A DNA stretch of 42,656 bases from a virus (IMGVR_UViG_2718218168_000005); one strand, 5' to 3'. Numbered from the stretch's first letter, positions 10,093-26,004 are shown. The notes: a model not told the origin generated them from the letters alone. Program-made: numbers and translations.

Positions 10093-10496
10093 TTTCCCGC
10101 AGAAACAGGCTCTGCAGGCCCGGCGTCCTCTGCCTGTTCAGGAGCATCATTCACCACAAACTCATACATACCGGACAGCCGGTACACCACGTTTTCAGCA
10201 TGAGAAATTGCCTCTGTGGGCCAGGTGGTAAGCACTTCCTGCTCAATCTGTTTAACGGCTTCATTCATGGAAGGCAGCTTTGTCTTCTTCGGATGGTTAT
10301 GCCACAGGGACATCGCCACCAGAAACGCGCCGGTTCTGATGGCGTCTTCCACAGTAAACTTCCGGTTGCTGTCTGACTCCGCCTGTTCTGCCTGCCGTTT
10401 CATCAGGGCGAGATGCTCAATACGCTGCAGGGCTGACAGTTCAGAAAGCGTGACGGTCACACCGTTATGTTCAAATGATTCGGTTTTCAGGAACAT
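10074..10496 (-). CDS. G: Tail assembly chaperone G (140 aa)
   Basis: Matches lambda gpG. Confidence 0.9.
   Translation of the reverse strand: MFLKTESFEHNGVTVTLSELSALQRIEHLALMKRQAEQAESDSNRKFTVEDAIRTGAFLVAMSLWHNHPKKTKLPSMNEAVKQIEQEVLTTWPTEAISHAENVVYRLSGMYEFVVNDAPEQAEDAGPAEPVSAGKCSTVS
10092..10098 (-). other. Programmed -1 frameshift slippery heptamer GGGAAAG (G to G-T)
   Basis: Heptamer read on the minus strand at the G/T overlap, as in lambda. Confidence 0.75.
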
Positions 10497-10511
10497 CGCT
10501 GACTCTCCGGA

Positions 10512-11252
10512 TTAACTGGCGGTGACGTTGATTTCTGCAACCGCAGCAAACTCACCATTACCGGATACGACCGGAATGTTGACCTTGCCTGCAGCAACAC
10601 CTTTCACGGTGATGGTCATACCACTGACCGACACGGTGGCTTTTGTTTTATCCGCAGACACCGCACGGAAGCTCTTGTCGGTTGCGCCATCCGGCTGGAA
10701 TGCCACGGTCAGCGTGGTGCTCTGCCCTTTCACTACGGAAGCACTGGCGGGTGTCACCGTCATGCCGGTTGTCGCCGTCACCGTGCTGCGATCTTCTGCC
10801 ATCGACGGACGTCCCACATTGGTGACCTTCACCGTGCGGGTAATCACTTCCTTCGCCGTCACCGCCTTACCGATACTGCTGACCCAGCCACGGAACACAT
10901 CGACCGTGCCGTTCGGGAAGCGGATTTTATAGGCACGGGTATCGCCTTCATTAAACCACGCCAGCAGCGCCTGCTGCCCCTGCTCTCCGGGCATCCACGC
11001 CAGCGTGAAGCTGGTATCTCCGGCAGATTTCTGCCCCTGCCCGGTCGCAGTCCAGTCTGCATCTTCATCATCGAGATAGCTGTCGTCATAAGACTCAGCG
11101 GTCAGTTCGCCGGGCGTCAGGTCTTTAACTTTTGCCAGACGCGACCAGTCAACGTCTGAAAGCGGATTCGCATAAGGGTCACCACTCCCCTTATAAACCC
11201 ACAGGGTGGTCCCGGCCCCTTTCACCGGCATTACAGGATTTGGTACAGGCAT
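10512..11252 (-). CDS. V: Major tail protein V (246 aa from MPVPNP start)
   Basis: Matches lambda gpV including the C-terminal Ig-like region; ORF-track start at 11282 is probably too long. Confidence 0.92.
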   Translation of the reverse strand: MPVPNPVMPVKGAGTTLWVYKGSGDPYANPLSDVDWSRLAKVKDLTPGELTAESYDDSYLDDEDADWTATGQGQKSAGDTSFTLAWMPGEQGQQALLAWFNEGDTRAYKIRFPNGTVDVFRGWVSSIGKAVTAKEVITRTVKVTNVGRPSMAEDRSTVTATTGMTVTPASASVVKGQSTTLTVAFQPDGATDKSFRAVSADKTKATVSVSGMTITVKGVAAGKVNIPVVSGNGEFAAVAEINVTAS

Positions 11253-11259
11253 AGCGTCC

Positions 11260-11655
11260 TCACATTTCATAGGTAATGACATAAGTCAGATCGGCTGAAC
11301 TCCACAGGCCCGCATCATCGTCGCGCCGATAGTCATAGCCGCTGGTCACCATACTGGTGATCAAATCTGACAGTGCCGGGATATCACTCATCACCGGATA
11401 AATCCGGGACTCCATCCACGCATCCAGCTCTGAATCCGGCACCTGAGCAGGCAGGAAAACTTCAATATGCAGCTCCGCCTGCCAGGTATCGCTGTCCAGC
11501 TCTTCGCCCGTGTATTCAGCGCCGGTGAGATAAACGGCAATTGCCGGAAAATCTTCCTCATCAAAAACAGCGGGGCGACCATCAAAAAGCGTCGCCCCGG
11601 TGTCATGCTTCTCCAGTGCATCCAGTACGGCTGCTCGGAGTTCAGTATGTTTCAT
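11260..11655 (-). CDS. U: Tail terminator protein U (131 aa)
   Basis: Matches lambda gpU. Confidence 0.92.
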   Translation of the reverse strand: MKHTELRAAVLDALEKHDTGATLFDGRPAVFDEEDFPAIAVYLTGAEYTGEELDSDTWQAELHIEVFLPAQVPDSELDAWMESRIYPVMSDIPALSDLITSMVTSGYDYRRDDDAGLWSSADLTYVITYEM

Positions 11656-12230
11656 CGCTTTATTACCATCCTCAGTTGATGCTGCAGCGCATAGCCCAGC
11701 TCTTTCGGAAGACGCTCACGCCGTATCCGCTCAATATTCTGTTTAAACGCCGTGGTCAGCGGCACCGCCATCGGGATTTTCACCACATCAATGGGGTAAC
11801 GATTTTTCCCGGCCACACGCTGCATGACATGCCAGCGGCCATTTTTCAGTTGCTGAATAAACGCGCCGGGAATACGACGGTTTCCCACCACAAGCACGCT
11901 GCCGCCACCTTTCAGGGCTGAACGCTGCCCCTTTTTACGACGCCTGCGTCGGGACAGGACAATCCGCGCGTTACCCAGCTTTATTACGGGCAAATCCCCC
12001 CGGTTAACCTTGATTCTGGCCTGCGGATTTTTGACCGTGGCCCTTTTCAGCCTGGCCCTTTCCTTTACCAGTTTCCGGCGTACCTTTGTCTCACGGGCAA
12101 CCTGTGACGCCGACTGCGATATCGCGGATGAAGCAACGCGGTTAATGGCCATTGCGGCGGCACCGGGCACCGCCGTTCTGCTGATACGGCTGAGGTTTTC
12201 AACGGCCTGCTCAAGACCTTTTATGGCCAT
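11652..12230 (-). CDS. Z: Tail completion protein Z (192 aa)
   Basis: Matches lambda gpZ. Confidence 0.9.
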   Translation of the reverse strand: MAIKGLEQAVENLSRISRTAVPGAAAMAINRVASSAISQSASQVARETKVRRKLVKERARLKRATVKNPQARIKVNRGDLPVIKLGNARIVLSRRRRRKKGQRSALKGGGSVLVVGNRRIPGAFIQQLKNGRWHVMQRVAGKNRYPIDVVKIPMAVPLTTAFKQNIERIRRERLPKELGYALQHQLRMVIKR

Positions 12231-12241
12231 ACATCCCCCTT

Positions 12242-12595
12242 TCAGCGGCGACGGTTAACGGCAGGCGGTACGCCCCGCCCAAGCCAGAGATGACAGCTTC
12301 CGCCATCATCTGGCGAAATCCGGTCTATCCAGAAGTTTTCCTCACCGATGGTCAGCGTGTCGCCGCGCCGCAGCTGCCGCACATCATCAGTCCGGACAAA
12401 CAGGGACGGGCTGGAGCCTTCAACGCGCACGCCCTGTCCGGCATAGCTGATATTTTCAGGGTCATCAAAAACACCACGTATCACAGCACCGGACTGCTCA
12501 CCGGATGTCATGGTGGCTGACGTTCCCATGTACCCGCGTATCGTTTCATCGGCGCGGGCAATGGCAGCATCGAACAGGTTATCGAAATCAGCCAC
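12242..12595 (-). CDS. FII: Head-tail joining protein FII (117 aa)
   Basis: Matches lambda gpFII. Confidence 0.92.
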   Translation of the reverse strand: MADFDNLFDAAIARADETIRGYMGTSATMTSGEQSGAVIRGVFDDPENISYAGQGVRVEGSSPSLFVRTDDVRQLRRGDTLTIGEENFWIDRISPDDGGSCHLWLGRGVPPAVNRRR

Positions 12596-12606
12596 AGCGC
12601 CTCCCG

Positions 12607-13005
12607 TTATTGCATTCTGGCCAGGCCGCGCTCTGTCATTTCAGCTGCCACACCGGCAGAGACACGGAACGCCGTTCCCGGCAGCACAAATGCCACAGGC
12701 TCATCCCGCGTGGCGTGAAGTGCATCAGTATGCAGCGTCACCAGTGCCACGACCGTGACCAGAGCAGCCGTATCAATCACGGTATCCGGCTGCGCTGATA
12801 CCACCTCATTTTCATGTCCGGTCAGCGCATTTTCCGGGCTGACAGATGTGTCCTGACCGGCAGCGTCATCCGTGTCATCAAGCTCCTCTTCCAGCTCTGC
12901 CACACGGAGCACCAGTTCTTCTTTCGTCCCCGTCAGGCTGACATCACGGTTCAGTTGCTCACCCAGCACCTGAAGACGGGCAATCAGTTCATCTTTCGTC
13001 ATGGA
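12607..13005 (-). CDS. FI: DNA packaging protein FI (132 aa from MTKDEL start)
   Basis: Matches lambda gpFI; ORF-track start at 13041 is probably too long. Confidence 0.88.
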   Translation of the reverse strand, partial: SMTKDELIARLQVLGEQLNRDVSLTGTKEELVLRVAELEEELDDTDDAAGQDTSVSPENALTGHENEVVSAQPDTVIDTAALVTVVALVTLHTDALHATRDEPVAFVLPGTAFRVSAGVAAEMTERGLARMQ

Positions 13006-13043
13006 CTCCTCCACAGAGAGAAAATGGCCCCGAAGGGCCATGA

Positions 13044-14069
13044 TTACGCCAGTTGTACGGACACGAACGCATCAGGGTCAGCCAGCAGCATCAGCGGTGC
13101 TGACTGAATCATGGTGAACTCACGCGCCGGATCGCCGGTGGTCACCCAGTTTTTCGGGTAGCGGGCAGAGGCGTTAATACCTTCGCGCTGTGCGTCCGCA
13201 TCCTGAATGCAGCCATAGGTGCGCAGACCGCGTGCCTGAGTGTTCCCCAGCACCATCGTGTTGTCCGGCAGGAAGTTCTTTTTGACGTCGTTTTCCACGT
13301 ACTGTCCGGAATACACGACGATCGCCGTATCGCCATACATCCCCTTATAGGACACCGCTTCGCCCAGGTCTTTTACCGCTGTCTCCAGCTCGGAATTAGA
13401 GCCGCGACGGGTATCCAGCTTCTCCTTGACGGCTTTGAAGGAACGGAACAGCGCCCAGCCTTTCGGATCAAACACGATGATATTCACCACACCGCTGGCG
13501 TTCAGCGCGTAGGCTTCGATATCGTCGGTCGGGTCATACGTGGACTTGTCACGCTTGCTCCACTCCGTACCGCCGGACTGTGTGATGTTGTTCGCCGCAC
13601 TGCGGCCCATATCCACCTCAACCGGATCGAAGGCTTCACCGGTCATGGTGTATTTGCCCTTAAGCACAGCAGAAACTGCCTGCATCTCTTCGACCTGAGC
13701 AATGGCCAGCTCTTCGTCTCGCATGTTCTGCATGATGATGCGACGGCGGCGGTAAGCCGGGTCCGCCAGATTCTGCGGATCTTCATCCGGCAGGCGACGC
13801 AGGGTCATCTGCGGATTCACCTCATGCTTGGGTTTGACATATCCCGGCGTAAATTCAGAGGTGGAGCCGCCACGGGAACGGATAACCTCACCGGAAACAA
13901 TCGGCGAAACGTACAGCGCCATGTTTACCAGTCCCGGAATTTGTGAGAGATAGACTTTCTCCGTGGTGAAGGGATAGCTCTCACGGAAAAAGAGACGCAG
14001 AAACAGCGGATCAAACTTAAATTTCTGCTCATTTGCCGCCAGCAGCTGGGCGGTTGTGTACATCGACAT
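13044..14069 (-). CDS. E: Major capsid protein E (341 aa from MSMYTTAQ start)
   Basis: Matches lambda gpE over its full length. Confidence 0.95.
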   Translation of the reverse strand: MSMYTTAQLLAANEQKFKFDPLFLRLFFRESYPFTTEKVYLSQIPGLVNMALYVSPIVSGEVIRSRGGSTSEFTPGYVKPKHEVNPQMTLRRLPDEDPQNLADPAYRRRRIIMQNMRDEELAIAQVEEMQAVSAVLKGKYTMTGEAFDPVEVDMGRSAANNITQSGGTEWSKRDKSTYDPTDDIEAYALNASGVVNIIVFDPKGWALFRSFKAVKEKLDTRRGSNSELETAVKDLGEAVSYKGMYGDTAIVVYSGQYVENDVKKNFLPDNTMVLGNTQARGLRTYGCIQDADAQREGINASARYPKNWVTTGDPAREFTMIQSAPLMLLADPDAFVSVQLA

Positions 14070-14124
14070 AAAAAAATCCCGTAAAAAAAGCCGCACAGGC
14101 GGCCTTTAGTGATGAAGGGTAAGG

Positions 14125-14457
14125 TTAAACGATGCTGATTGCCGTTCCGGCAAACGCGGTCCGTTTTTTCGTCTCGTCGCTGGCAGCCTCCGGCCAGAGC
14201 ACATCCTCATAACGGAACGTGCCGGACTTGTAGAACGTCAGCGTGGTGCTGGTCTGGTCAGCATCAACCGCCAGAATGCCAACGGCAGTACCGTCGGTGG
14301 TGCCATCCCACGCAACCAGCTTACGGGTGGAGGTGTCCAGCATCAGCGGGGTCATTGCAGGCGCTTTCGCACTCAATCCGCCGGGCGCGGTTGCCGTATG
14401 TGCCGGGTCACTGTTGCCCAGCGGCTGGTAATGGGTAAAGGTTTCTTTGCTCGTCAT
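14125..14457 (-). CDS. D: Head decoration protein D (110 aa)
   Basis: Matches lambda gpD from [12 protein letters not shown]. Confidence 0.95.
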   Translation of the reverse strand: MTSKETFTHYQPLGNSDPAHTATAPGGLSAKAPAMTPLMLDTSTRKLVAWDGTTDGTAVGILAVDADQTSTTLTFYKSGTFRYEDVLWPEAASDETKKRTAFAGTAISIV

Positions 14458-14466
14458 AAACATCCC

Positions 14467-15766
14467 TTACACTGGTGTGTTCAGCAAATCGTTAACGGCA
14501 TCAGATGCCGGGTTACCTGCAGCCAGTGGTGCCGGTGCCCCCTGCATCAGACGATCCAGCGCAGTGTCACTGCGCGCCTGTGCACTCTGTGGTGCAGCTG
14601 CCAGAATGCGGCGGGCCGTTTCCACGGTCATACCGGGGGTTTCGGCCAGCACACGTGCCTGTTCTTCGCGTCCGTGAGCTTCCTCACAGTTGAGGATCCC
14701 CATAATGCGGCTGTTTTCTGCCGCAACCGCAGCGGTGATCTGCGCGTTCACGTCCGGCTGCGCCGCGCTGGCGTTTTCGCCCTCCGTCGCTTGCACCACG
14801 TCAGTAACGTCAGCCTGCGAAGCAGTGGCTGAAACAGTTGTTGATTGAGTCTCTTTGGTCATTCGCCCTCCTGAGAGACGGGATTTACGTGCATCCAGTG
14901 CATCACGCATAACGGTGATCGCATCGGTGCTGTTGACAAGTTCATCAGCCAGTCCGGCATCAATGGCCTCCTGACCGCTGTACATTGCAGCCTCGGTATC
15001 CAGCACAGCCTGCACGGACAGGCCGGTATATGCCGACACCTTCTGCGCAAACATCCGGCGGGTTGCATCCATCCGGGACTGCAGTGTCTCCCGGACATCA
15101 CCCGGTAGATGGCTGTAGGGGTTGCCATCCACCTTATGGCTGCCGCTGTAAATCAGCGTGATTTCCACGCCCTGTTTCTCCAGCGCAGCGCCGTAATTAC
15201 TGTGAGCCATCATGACGCCGATGGAGCCTGTCCGGGCGGTCTGCGTGACCAGACGCCGGGAGGCGGCGCTGGCAAGCAGCTGACCTGCACTGCAGTTCAT
15301 GTCGTTGGCCAGCGCCCATACCGGCTTTATGTCACGCACACGGGCGATGATGTCAGCACAGTCAAATGCTCCCGCCACCATCCCGCCCGGTGTGTCCATA
15401 TCGAGCAGAATGCCGTCCACCATCGGATCGCTGGCAGCCTGTTGCAGACGAGCGATAATGCCGTTGTAACCGGTCATTCCCGAATACGGCTGCAGCGCCC
15501 GCGTCCGGCTGACCAGCGTACCGGACACCGGCAGCACGGCGATGCCGTTCATGACCTGATAACTGCGGGCCTGTCGTGGTCCGTCATCATCACCGGATAA
15601 CGCCAGCGCCGCGGGTGCCTCTCCGGCAGTCAGGCTATCGCCGGATACTGCATCCGTCAGGCGACTGATCCCAAGCTGGCCTGCAAGCGCACAAAAGAAA
15701 ACCCGCGCATAGGCGGGTTCAAGCATCAGCGGCTCATTAAAAGCCATGCTGGCAATATGCGGGAGA

Positions 15767-15786
<20 letters not shown>
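14467..15786 (-). CDS. C: Capsid assembly protease C (439 aa) with in-frame Nu3 scaffold in its 3' part; GTG start
   Basis: Matches lambda gpC from (V)TAELRNLPHIASMAF; GTG codon at 15786..15784 overlaps the end of B by 20 nt as in lambda. Confidence 0.9.
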
Positions 15787-19467
<3,681 letters not shown>

Positions 19468-19493
<26 letters not shown>

Positions 19494-20013
19494 TCAGCAA
19501 CCCCGGTATCAGTTCATCCAGCGCGGCTGCTTTGTTCATGGCTTTGATGATATCCCGTTTCAGGAAATCAACATGTCGGTTTTCCAGTTCCGGAAAACGC
19601 CGCTGCACCGACAGGGGGATCCCGTCGAGAATACTGGCAATTTCACCTGCGATCCGCGACAGCACGAAAGTACAGAATGCGGTTTCCACCACTTCAGCGG
19701 AGTCTCTGGCATTTTTCAGCTCCTGTGCGTCGGCCTGCGCACGCGTAAGTCGATGGCGTTCGTACTCAATAGTCCCTGGCTGGAGATCTGTCTCGCTGGC
19801 CTGCCGCAGTTCTTCAACTTCCCGGCGCAGCTTTTCGTTCTCAATTTCAGCATCCCTTTCGGCATACCATCTTATAACGGCGGCAGAGTCATAAAGCACC
19901 TCATTACCCTTGCCACCGCCTCGCAGAACGGGCATTCCCTGTTCCTGCCAGTTCTGAATGGTACGGATACTCGCACCGAAAATGTCAGCCAGCTGCTTTT
20001 TGTTGACTTCCAT
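19468..20013 (-). CDS. Nu1: Terminase small subunit Nu1 (181 aa)
   Basis: Matches lambda gpNu1 (MEVNKKQLADIFGASIRTIQNWQEQGMP...). Confidence 0.95.
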
Positions 20014-20230
20014 TGTTCATTCCACGGCCAAAAACAGAGAAAGGAAACGACAGAGGCCCAAAAGCTCGTTTTCAGCACCTGTCGTTTCCTTTCTTTTCAG
20101 GGGGTATTTTAAATAAAAACATTAAGTTACGACGAAGAAGAACGGAAATGCCTTAAACCGGAAAATTTTCATAAATAGCGAAAACCCGCGAGGTCGCCGC
20201 CCCGTAACCTGTCGGATCGCCGGAAAGGAC
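20014..20230 (-). other. cos region (cosB, cosN, cosQ); cosN 12-nt cohesive-end sequence at 20191..20202
   Basis: Reverse complement reads GGGCGGCGACCT followed by CGCGGGTTTTCGCTATTTATGAAAATTTTCCGG..., the lambda left-end sequence, directly upstream of Nu1. Confidence 0.9.
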
Positions 20231-20401
20231 CCGCAAAATGATAATAATTATCATCTGCATGTCACAACGTGCATCTACGCCATCAAACCACGTCAAATAA
20301 TCAATTATGACGCAGATATCGTATTAATTGATCTGCATCAACTTAACGTAAAAACAACTTCAGACAATACAAATCAGCGACACTGAATACGGGACAACCT
20401 C

Positions 20402-20635
20402 ATGTCAACGAAGAACAGAACCCGCAGAACAACAACCCGCAACATCCGCTTTCCTAACCAAATGATTGAACAAATTAACATCGCTCTTGAGCAAAAAGGG
20501 TCCGGGAATTTCTCAGCCTGGGTCATTGAAGCCTGCCGCCGGAGACTGTGCTCAGAAAAAAGAGTTTCTTCTGAAGCAAACAAAGAAAAGAGTGACATTA
20601 CTGAATTGCTCAGAAAACAGGTCAGACCAGATTGA
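20402..20635 (+). CDS. Conserved lambdoid right-end ORF, putative small DNA-binding (ribbon-helix-helix-like) protein (77 aa)
   Basis: ORF next to cos; basic N-terminus then a short conserved segment; I recall this reading frame from the lambda right end but cannot name the family with confidence. Confidence 0.5.
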   Translation: MSTKNRTRRTTTRNIRFPNQMIEQINIALEQKGSGNFSAWVIEACRRRLCSEKRVSSEANKEKSDITELLRKQVRPD

Positions 20636-20692
20636 AGCAATTTAGATAATCGTGCAGACTACGCCCCCTCATATCACATGGAAGGTTTATCT

Positions 20693-21103
20693 ATGGATCA
20701 GGTAGTCATTTTTAAACAAATATTTGATAAAGTTCGAAACGATTTAAACTATCAATGGTTTTATTCTGAGCTAAAACGTCACAATGTCTCACATTACATT
20801 TACTATTTAGCCACAGAGAATGTTCATATTGTATTAAAAAATGATAATACAGTGTTATTAAAGGGCCTAAAAAACATTGTGTCTGTCAAATTTTCAAAGG
20901 ATAGGCATCTTATAGAAACGACCTCTAATAAGCTGAAATCCAGAGAGATCACATTTCAGGAATACAGAAGAAACCTTGCTAAAGCAGGAGTTTTTCGGTG
21001 GGTTACAAATATCCACGAACAAAAAAGATATTACTATACCTTTGATAATTCATTACTATTTACTGAAAGCATCCAGAAAACTACACAGATCTTACCACGC
21101 TAA
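20693..21103 (+). CDS. ydfO: YdfO-family prophage protein (DUF1398-like, 136 aa)
   Basis: Protein [38 protein letters not shown]... matches recalled YdfO; GGAAGG 7 nt upstream of the ATG at 20693. Confidence 0.75.
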
Positions 21104-21254
21104 ACCATAACGTCCGGCTTCTCTCACTCCTGAGCCGGACTGCATTGGTTTAATAAAAACCATCAACAATTGTGATTTAGATATTCGGAACCATTCAAAT
21201 ATAACAAAACCCCGTAAAAACGAGGTTTATGGATAAATTTTATTATTGAATACA

Positions 21255-21428
21255 TCAGATTAAATTAATCTTGACATCATAGCTTTCAAGACCCGTCATT
21301 TTTTCCCGTGCGGTAAACTGAATACTGGTAACTTCTTTCCCGGTCTTTTTCTTAAGTTCAATAATTTTTTTTGTTATATATTCAGAAATATCTGCTTCTG
21401 CTTTTGTTTTTAAGTTTTCAATATTCAT
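21255..21428 (-). CDS. gnsB: GnsA/GnsB-family small protein (57 aa)
   Basis: Translated by hand as MNIENLKTKAEADISEYITKKIIELKKKTGKEVTSIQFTAREKMTGLESYDVKINLI; AAGAGGA SD upstream; not in the ORF track (under 60 aa). Confidence 0.75.
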   Translation of the reverse strand: MNIENLKTKAEADISEYITKKIIELKKKTGKEVTSIQFTAREKMTGLESYDVKINLI

Positions 21429-21599
21429 CATTTCCTCTTTTAGTCTGTTATGACTTTCCAGTTACACAGTAAGTCGATTATATGGTGCAAACGTGTAAAA
21501 GATAAGATGAAACATCGCAATAATCAACATACGATAGTCTAAATTTTACACAAACAGACAAAGAGAATTTTCCTGAATTATCAATGCAATAGCATCAAA

Positions 21600-21830
21600 T
21601 CAACTCAAGAGCCTTATTGCTGCTTCCAGAATTTCTTCTGAAGTAACATGTCGATCCGCGGCTACATAAATGACTTTATGATCTCCGGTCAGAGATGGAA
21701 ACCCTGCGGCCATTACAGTAAGGTGTGTTTTTTCGCCATTTGGATATTCACGCATGATGGTGTTAACTCCAGTCATCGCTGGCACTACCACTGCTGGTTC
21801 AGAGTTAAAAAAAACTATGATTTTTTTCAT
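21600..21830 (-). CDS. ynfN: Small prophage protein, YnfN-like (76 aa from MKKIIVFF; ORF-track start at 21872 gives 90 aa)
   Basis: Position between gnsB and cspI as in Qin; the name is assigned from gene order and recalled length, not from a sequence match. Confidence 0.45.
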   Translation of the reverse strand: MKKIIVFFNSEPAVVVPAMTGVNTIMREYPNGEKTHLTVMAAGFPSLTGDHKVIYVAADRHVTSEEILEAAIRLLS

Positions 21831-22101
21831 GATGTTACCGTAGTATGTGAGTATCCATCGAATAGACACCAAGCCAAAAAGCTCCCGAAGGAGCCTTCAT
21901 TTTCACTTTTTTAAATCCAACGACAGACGGCTGGCATTTAAGTATTGTGAAATATTATCAAATGTAATCATCATTGATTTACAAAAGATACATTTTGCCC
22001 CGAAAGGATTCATGTCAGAAACATCAAAAGATGATGTTCTATACTGGGAACCATGACAACACGGGCATCTAAAGTGAATATGGTTTGTAATATTGTCTAC
22101 C

Positions 22102-22314
22102 TCAAAGCGCCACTACATGAACAGCGGCAGGACCTTTAGGTCCGTTCTCAATACCAAATTCAACTTCCTGATTCTCAGTTAATGTTTTGAAATCGTTGCT
22201 CTGAATTGCTGAGAAATGGACAAACACATCTTTGCTGCCATCTTTCGGCGTGATGAAACCAAAACCTTTTTCAGGGTTAAACCATTTCACTAAACCAGTC
22301 ATTTTGTTAGACAT
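22102..22314 (-). CDS. cspI: Cold shock protein CspI-like (70 aa)
   Basis: CspA-family motifs ([20 protein letters not shown]); Qin position. Confidence 0.9.
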   Translation of the reverse strand: MSNKMTGLVKWFNPEKGFGFITPKDGSKDVFVHFSAIQSNDFKTLTENQEVEFGIENGPKGPAAVHVVAL

Positions 22315-22676
22315 AATTATTACCTTTTGAAGAAATTAGCCCTTGGGCAGAATGGTCCGAAAAAAAATATCAGAGAGAAAAACCAACAAGGAAATCTCAA
22401 GAGGTACAAATAATAAAATTATAACAATGACTGCTTCAGATAAATTTGTAACAAACCAGAACACCATTAACGCATGATTAACCACCCATAGCAAGGATTA
22501 CTTTTGTAAAGAAAAACACAGCAATGAAAGAATAGCTTTATTTATTAATAAAACGTGTCATTCTGATTAAGACCTTTTATCTTACCCTTAAGATTTCAGG
22601 AATTTTGGCTCATGGAAGAGTCCTTTTTATTTAAATTTTACATTCCGCGATGTAAATGTTCCGATTTAATATTACC

Positions 22677-23700
<1,024 letters not shown>

Positions 23701-23704
<4 letters not shown>

Positions 23705-24012
23705 AGATATTTATGATGAGGACGCTCGTGCTTATTGGCAGGATTTTCAATCTTAAAGGAGTACTGATGCTGCAGATAAGACTCAACTTTTTCTGACAAT
23801 TTTTCTGCTACTTCCAGGAAGACTTGCCGGACGCTCCTTCTGGCTGCTGCCTCATAAAACTCCAGCGCAGCTCCTTCAACACGGTCCATGGCGACATCCA
23901 GGTCAAAAATTTCACCGTCAAAGCGTTCTTTGTCCTGTAAGGCTACAGTTACCGTAACTTTATTCTCAAAATTACGGACTCCTTTCACAACCAGTTCATA
24001 GTCTTGAGTCAT
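23701..24012 (-). CDS. ydfR: YdfR-family protein (DUF1327-like, 103 aa)
   Basis: Position between holin and lysozyme as in Qin; function unknown. Confidence 0.6.
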
Positions 24013-24016
24013 TGGA

Positions 24017-24232
24017 TTACTCTCCTCTCGCAGCCTTACGCCTGTCTTCTTTAATCTTGAAATAAAGATTTGTCAGATACGTCAGCAGGCCAAAAACCAG
24101 GCTACCCAGCACACCGATTGCAGCCCACTGTGACGGAGTTACTTTATCGAGTAACTGCAATGCCCAGAAACCAGCATTACCCGCCGATGTGCCATAGGCA
24201 ACACCTGTTGTTAACTTATCCATTGATTTCAT
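24017..24232 (-). CDS. essQ: Class II holin (phage 21 S-like, 71 aa) with dual-start motif MKSM
   Basis: [26 protein letters not shown]..., two TM segments, charged C-terminus; GAGG SD upstream. Confidence 0.85.
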   Translation of the reverse strand: MKSMDKLTTGVAYGTSAGNAGFWALQLLDKVTPSQWAAIGVLGSLVFGLLTYLTNLYFKIKEDRRKAARGE

Positions 24233-24450
24233 ATCCTCACCCCGATGTACACGGATGGTGCAATATGTTTGAAAAGATCGGAGTCTACGGGGTAGTTTTG
24301 ACAGCACACGTTGTTCTCAACGGCGCTAAAAAACATACACATTAAAAATGTGGGTAATTATTTTGAAAGAAAATCATATATAAAATAATAATACGAGAAA
24401 TGTTTTCATATTTAGTGTACTGTATACGGCCATTTATACAGGAAATGCCT

Positions 24451-24621
24451 ATGTCAGAACGTAAAGACTCAAAATCACGCCGTAATTATCTCGTTAAATG
24501 TTCCTGCCCAAACTGCACCCAAGAGTCAGAACACAGTTTTTCAAGAGTACAAAAAGGTGCCCTTTTGATCTGCCCTCATTGCAACAAAGTATTCCAGACA
24601 AATCTTAAAGCTGTAGCCTGA
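24451..24621 (+). CDS. Small zinc-ribbon protein (two CxxC pairs, 56 aa), possibly YnfU-like
   Basis: CPNC...CPHC motifs; GGAA upstream of the ATG at 24451; opposite strand to the lysis genes. Confidence 0.45.
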   Translation: MSERKDSKSRRNYLVKCSCPNCTQESEHSFSRVQKGALLICPHCNKVFQTNLKAVA

Positions 24622-24683
24622 TTGATTTTATTAGTAACAAGTATTTTTTATATTTTAATAATATATTTAAAGCAGATAATAAA

Positions 24684-24703
24684 AAACCCGCCTGAGCGGG
24701 TTT
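24684..24703 (-). terminator. Rho-independent terminator for minus-strand transcripts downstream of cspB
   Basis: Hairpin aaacccgc-ctga-gcgggttt followed by a T-run on the minus strand. Confidence 0.6.
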
Positions 24704-24984
24704 GAGATTGTGGTGCTTTTTGTGGGAGTCATCCACTTACGCACTTTGTTTTGCGATGCCAGCAGTTAGCTTCTGCTGTGAAACTATTCATGCAGCAAAC
24801 CTGCACTTCACCACAATGGTTAGCATACTTTTCCTGATTAAGATTTTGCCAAATATGCTGGCCATTGTTTCATGTATTGGACCTCCTTACTTTTTATTAA
24901 AGAGATCCAATATTCACTACTCTGTCCGTATCTCTACTCAGGCATCAGCCTTCTTCGTTATCGTATACAGACGAGCGATGAATT

Positions 24985-25200
24985 TTAATCAGTAATGATG
25001 ACATTTACTGCTGCAGGACCTTTAGCACCACTCTCTATAGAGAAGGTAACCTTTTGACCTTCAAATAAGGTTCGATAATTATCATTCTGAATCGCAGAAA
25101 AATGCACAAACACATCTTTACTACCATCAACAGGAGAAATAAAGCCGAAACCTTTATCAGCGTTAAACCATTTTACTAAACCAGTCATTTTATTTGACAT
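24985..25200 (-). CDS. cspB: Cold shock protein CspB-like (71 aa)
   Basis: CspA-family motifs; divergent from cspF. Confidence 0.9.
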   Translation of the reverse strand: MSNKMTGLVKWFNADKGFGFISPVDGSKDVFVHFSAIQNDNYRTLFEGQKVTFSIESGAKGPAAVNVIITD

Positions 25201-25510
25201 TCTACATTCCTTAACTTGAGCCTTTCGGCATAAATGGTTTGCATAACAGAAACGACTTCGTACTTAATTGGAGAGACTCAAAGAAGGAATAAGTGAATAA
25301 CACCTGAAATGAGAACTGCTTTAGTAAACTACTTCGTATATCGTCTGTTCTTCAAACCGACGCAGTCATTAACTCATAGTTGAACATATGAAGCAATGTT
25401 TATTTTAGACATCCAGCCACCTTCAATCCTATCAAAAAAGTAGTTTTCTCCAGGAACGTGTGTATGGTGCACCAGGTTATCAGTATTAAGGAGTTTTTCT
25501 GTCCCCTAAA

Positions 25511-25711
25511 ATGACAGGAATTGTCAAAAACTTTGACGGCAAAAGCGGCAAGGGTCTTATCACCCCATCCGATGGTCGTATCGATGTCCAGCTTCATGTT
25601 TCAGCGCTCAATCTCCGCGATGCAGAAGAAATTACCACCGGATTACGCGTGGAATTTTACCGGATAAATGGTCTGCGTGGCCCTTCAGCTGCCAATGTTT
25701 ACCTTTCATGA
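25511..25711 (+). CDS. cspF: Cold-shock-domain protein CspF-like (66 aa)
   Basis: Divergent CSD ([22 protein letters not shown]...); in-frame TAA just upstream fixes the start. Confidence 0.8.
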   Translation: MTGIVKNFDGKSGKGLITPSDGRIDVQLHVSALNLRDAEEITTGLRVEFYRINGLRGPSAANVYLS

Positions 25712-25765
25712 GCTATATTAAAGCTTTAATTTCAGGCCCCATCGGATCACACATGGAGAGTTTTT

Positions 25766-25855
25766 ATGAATAACCCCGTCTGTCTTGATGACTGGTTGAT
25801 TGGCTTTAAAATCTTATGCTGTACTTTGGCCGTAATAGCTCTGCTAATAATATAA
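25766..25855 (+). CDS. hypothetical 29-aa hydrophobic peptide downstream of cspF
   Basis: GGAGAG 6 nt upstream of ATG; [29 protein letters not shown]; no homolog recognised. Confidence 0.25.
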   Translation: MNNPVCLDDWLIGFKILCCTLAVIALLII

Positions 25856-26004
25856 TAAGCAGACTCATTGTGTTTAGGGACATTGTACTGGAAGAAAACA
25901 TTTTAAACATCAGGCAAATAACCAAGTCACCAGCTAAATAATAAGTTAACAGACATGAGTCCCGGGATGAGATTCAACATTACCATTGCCCCATTTAAAG
26001 CACA

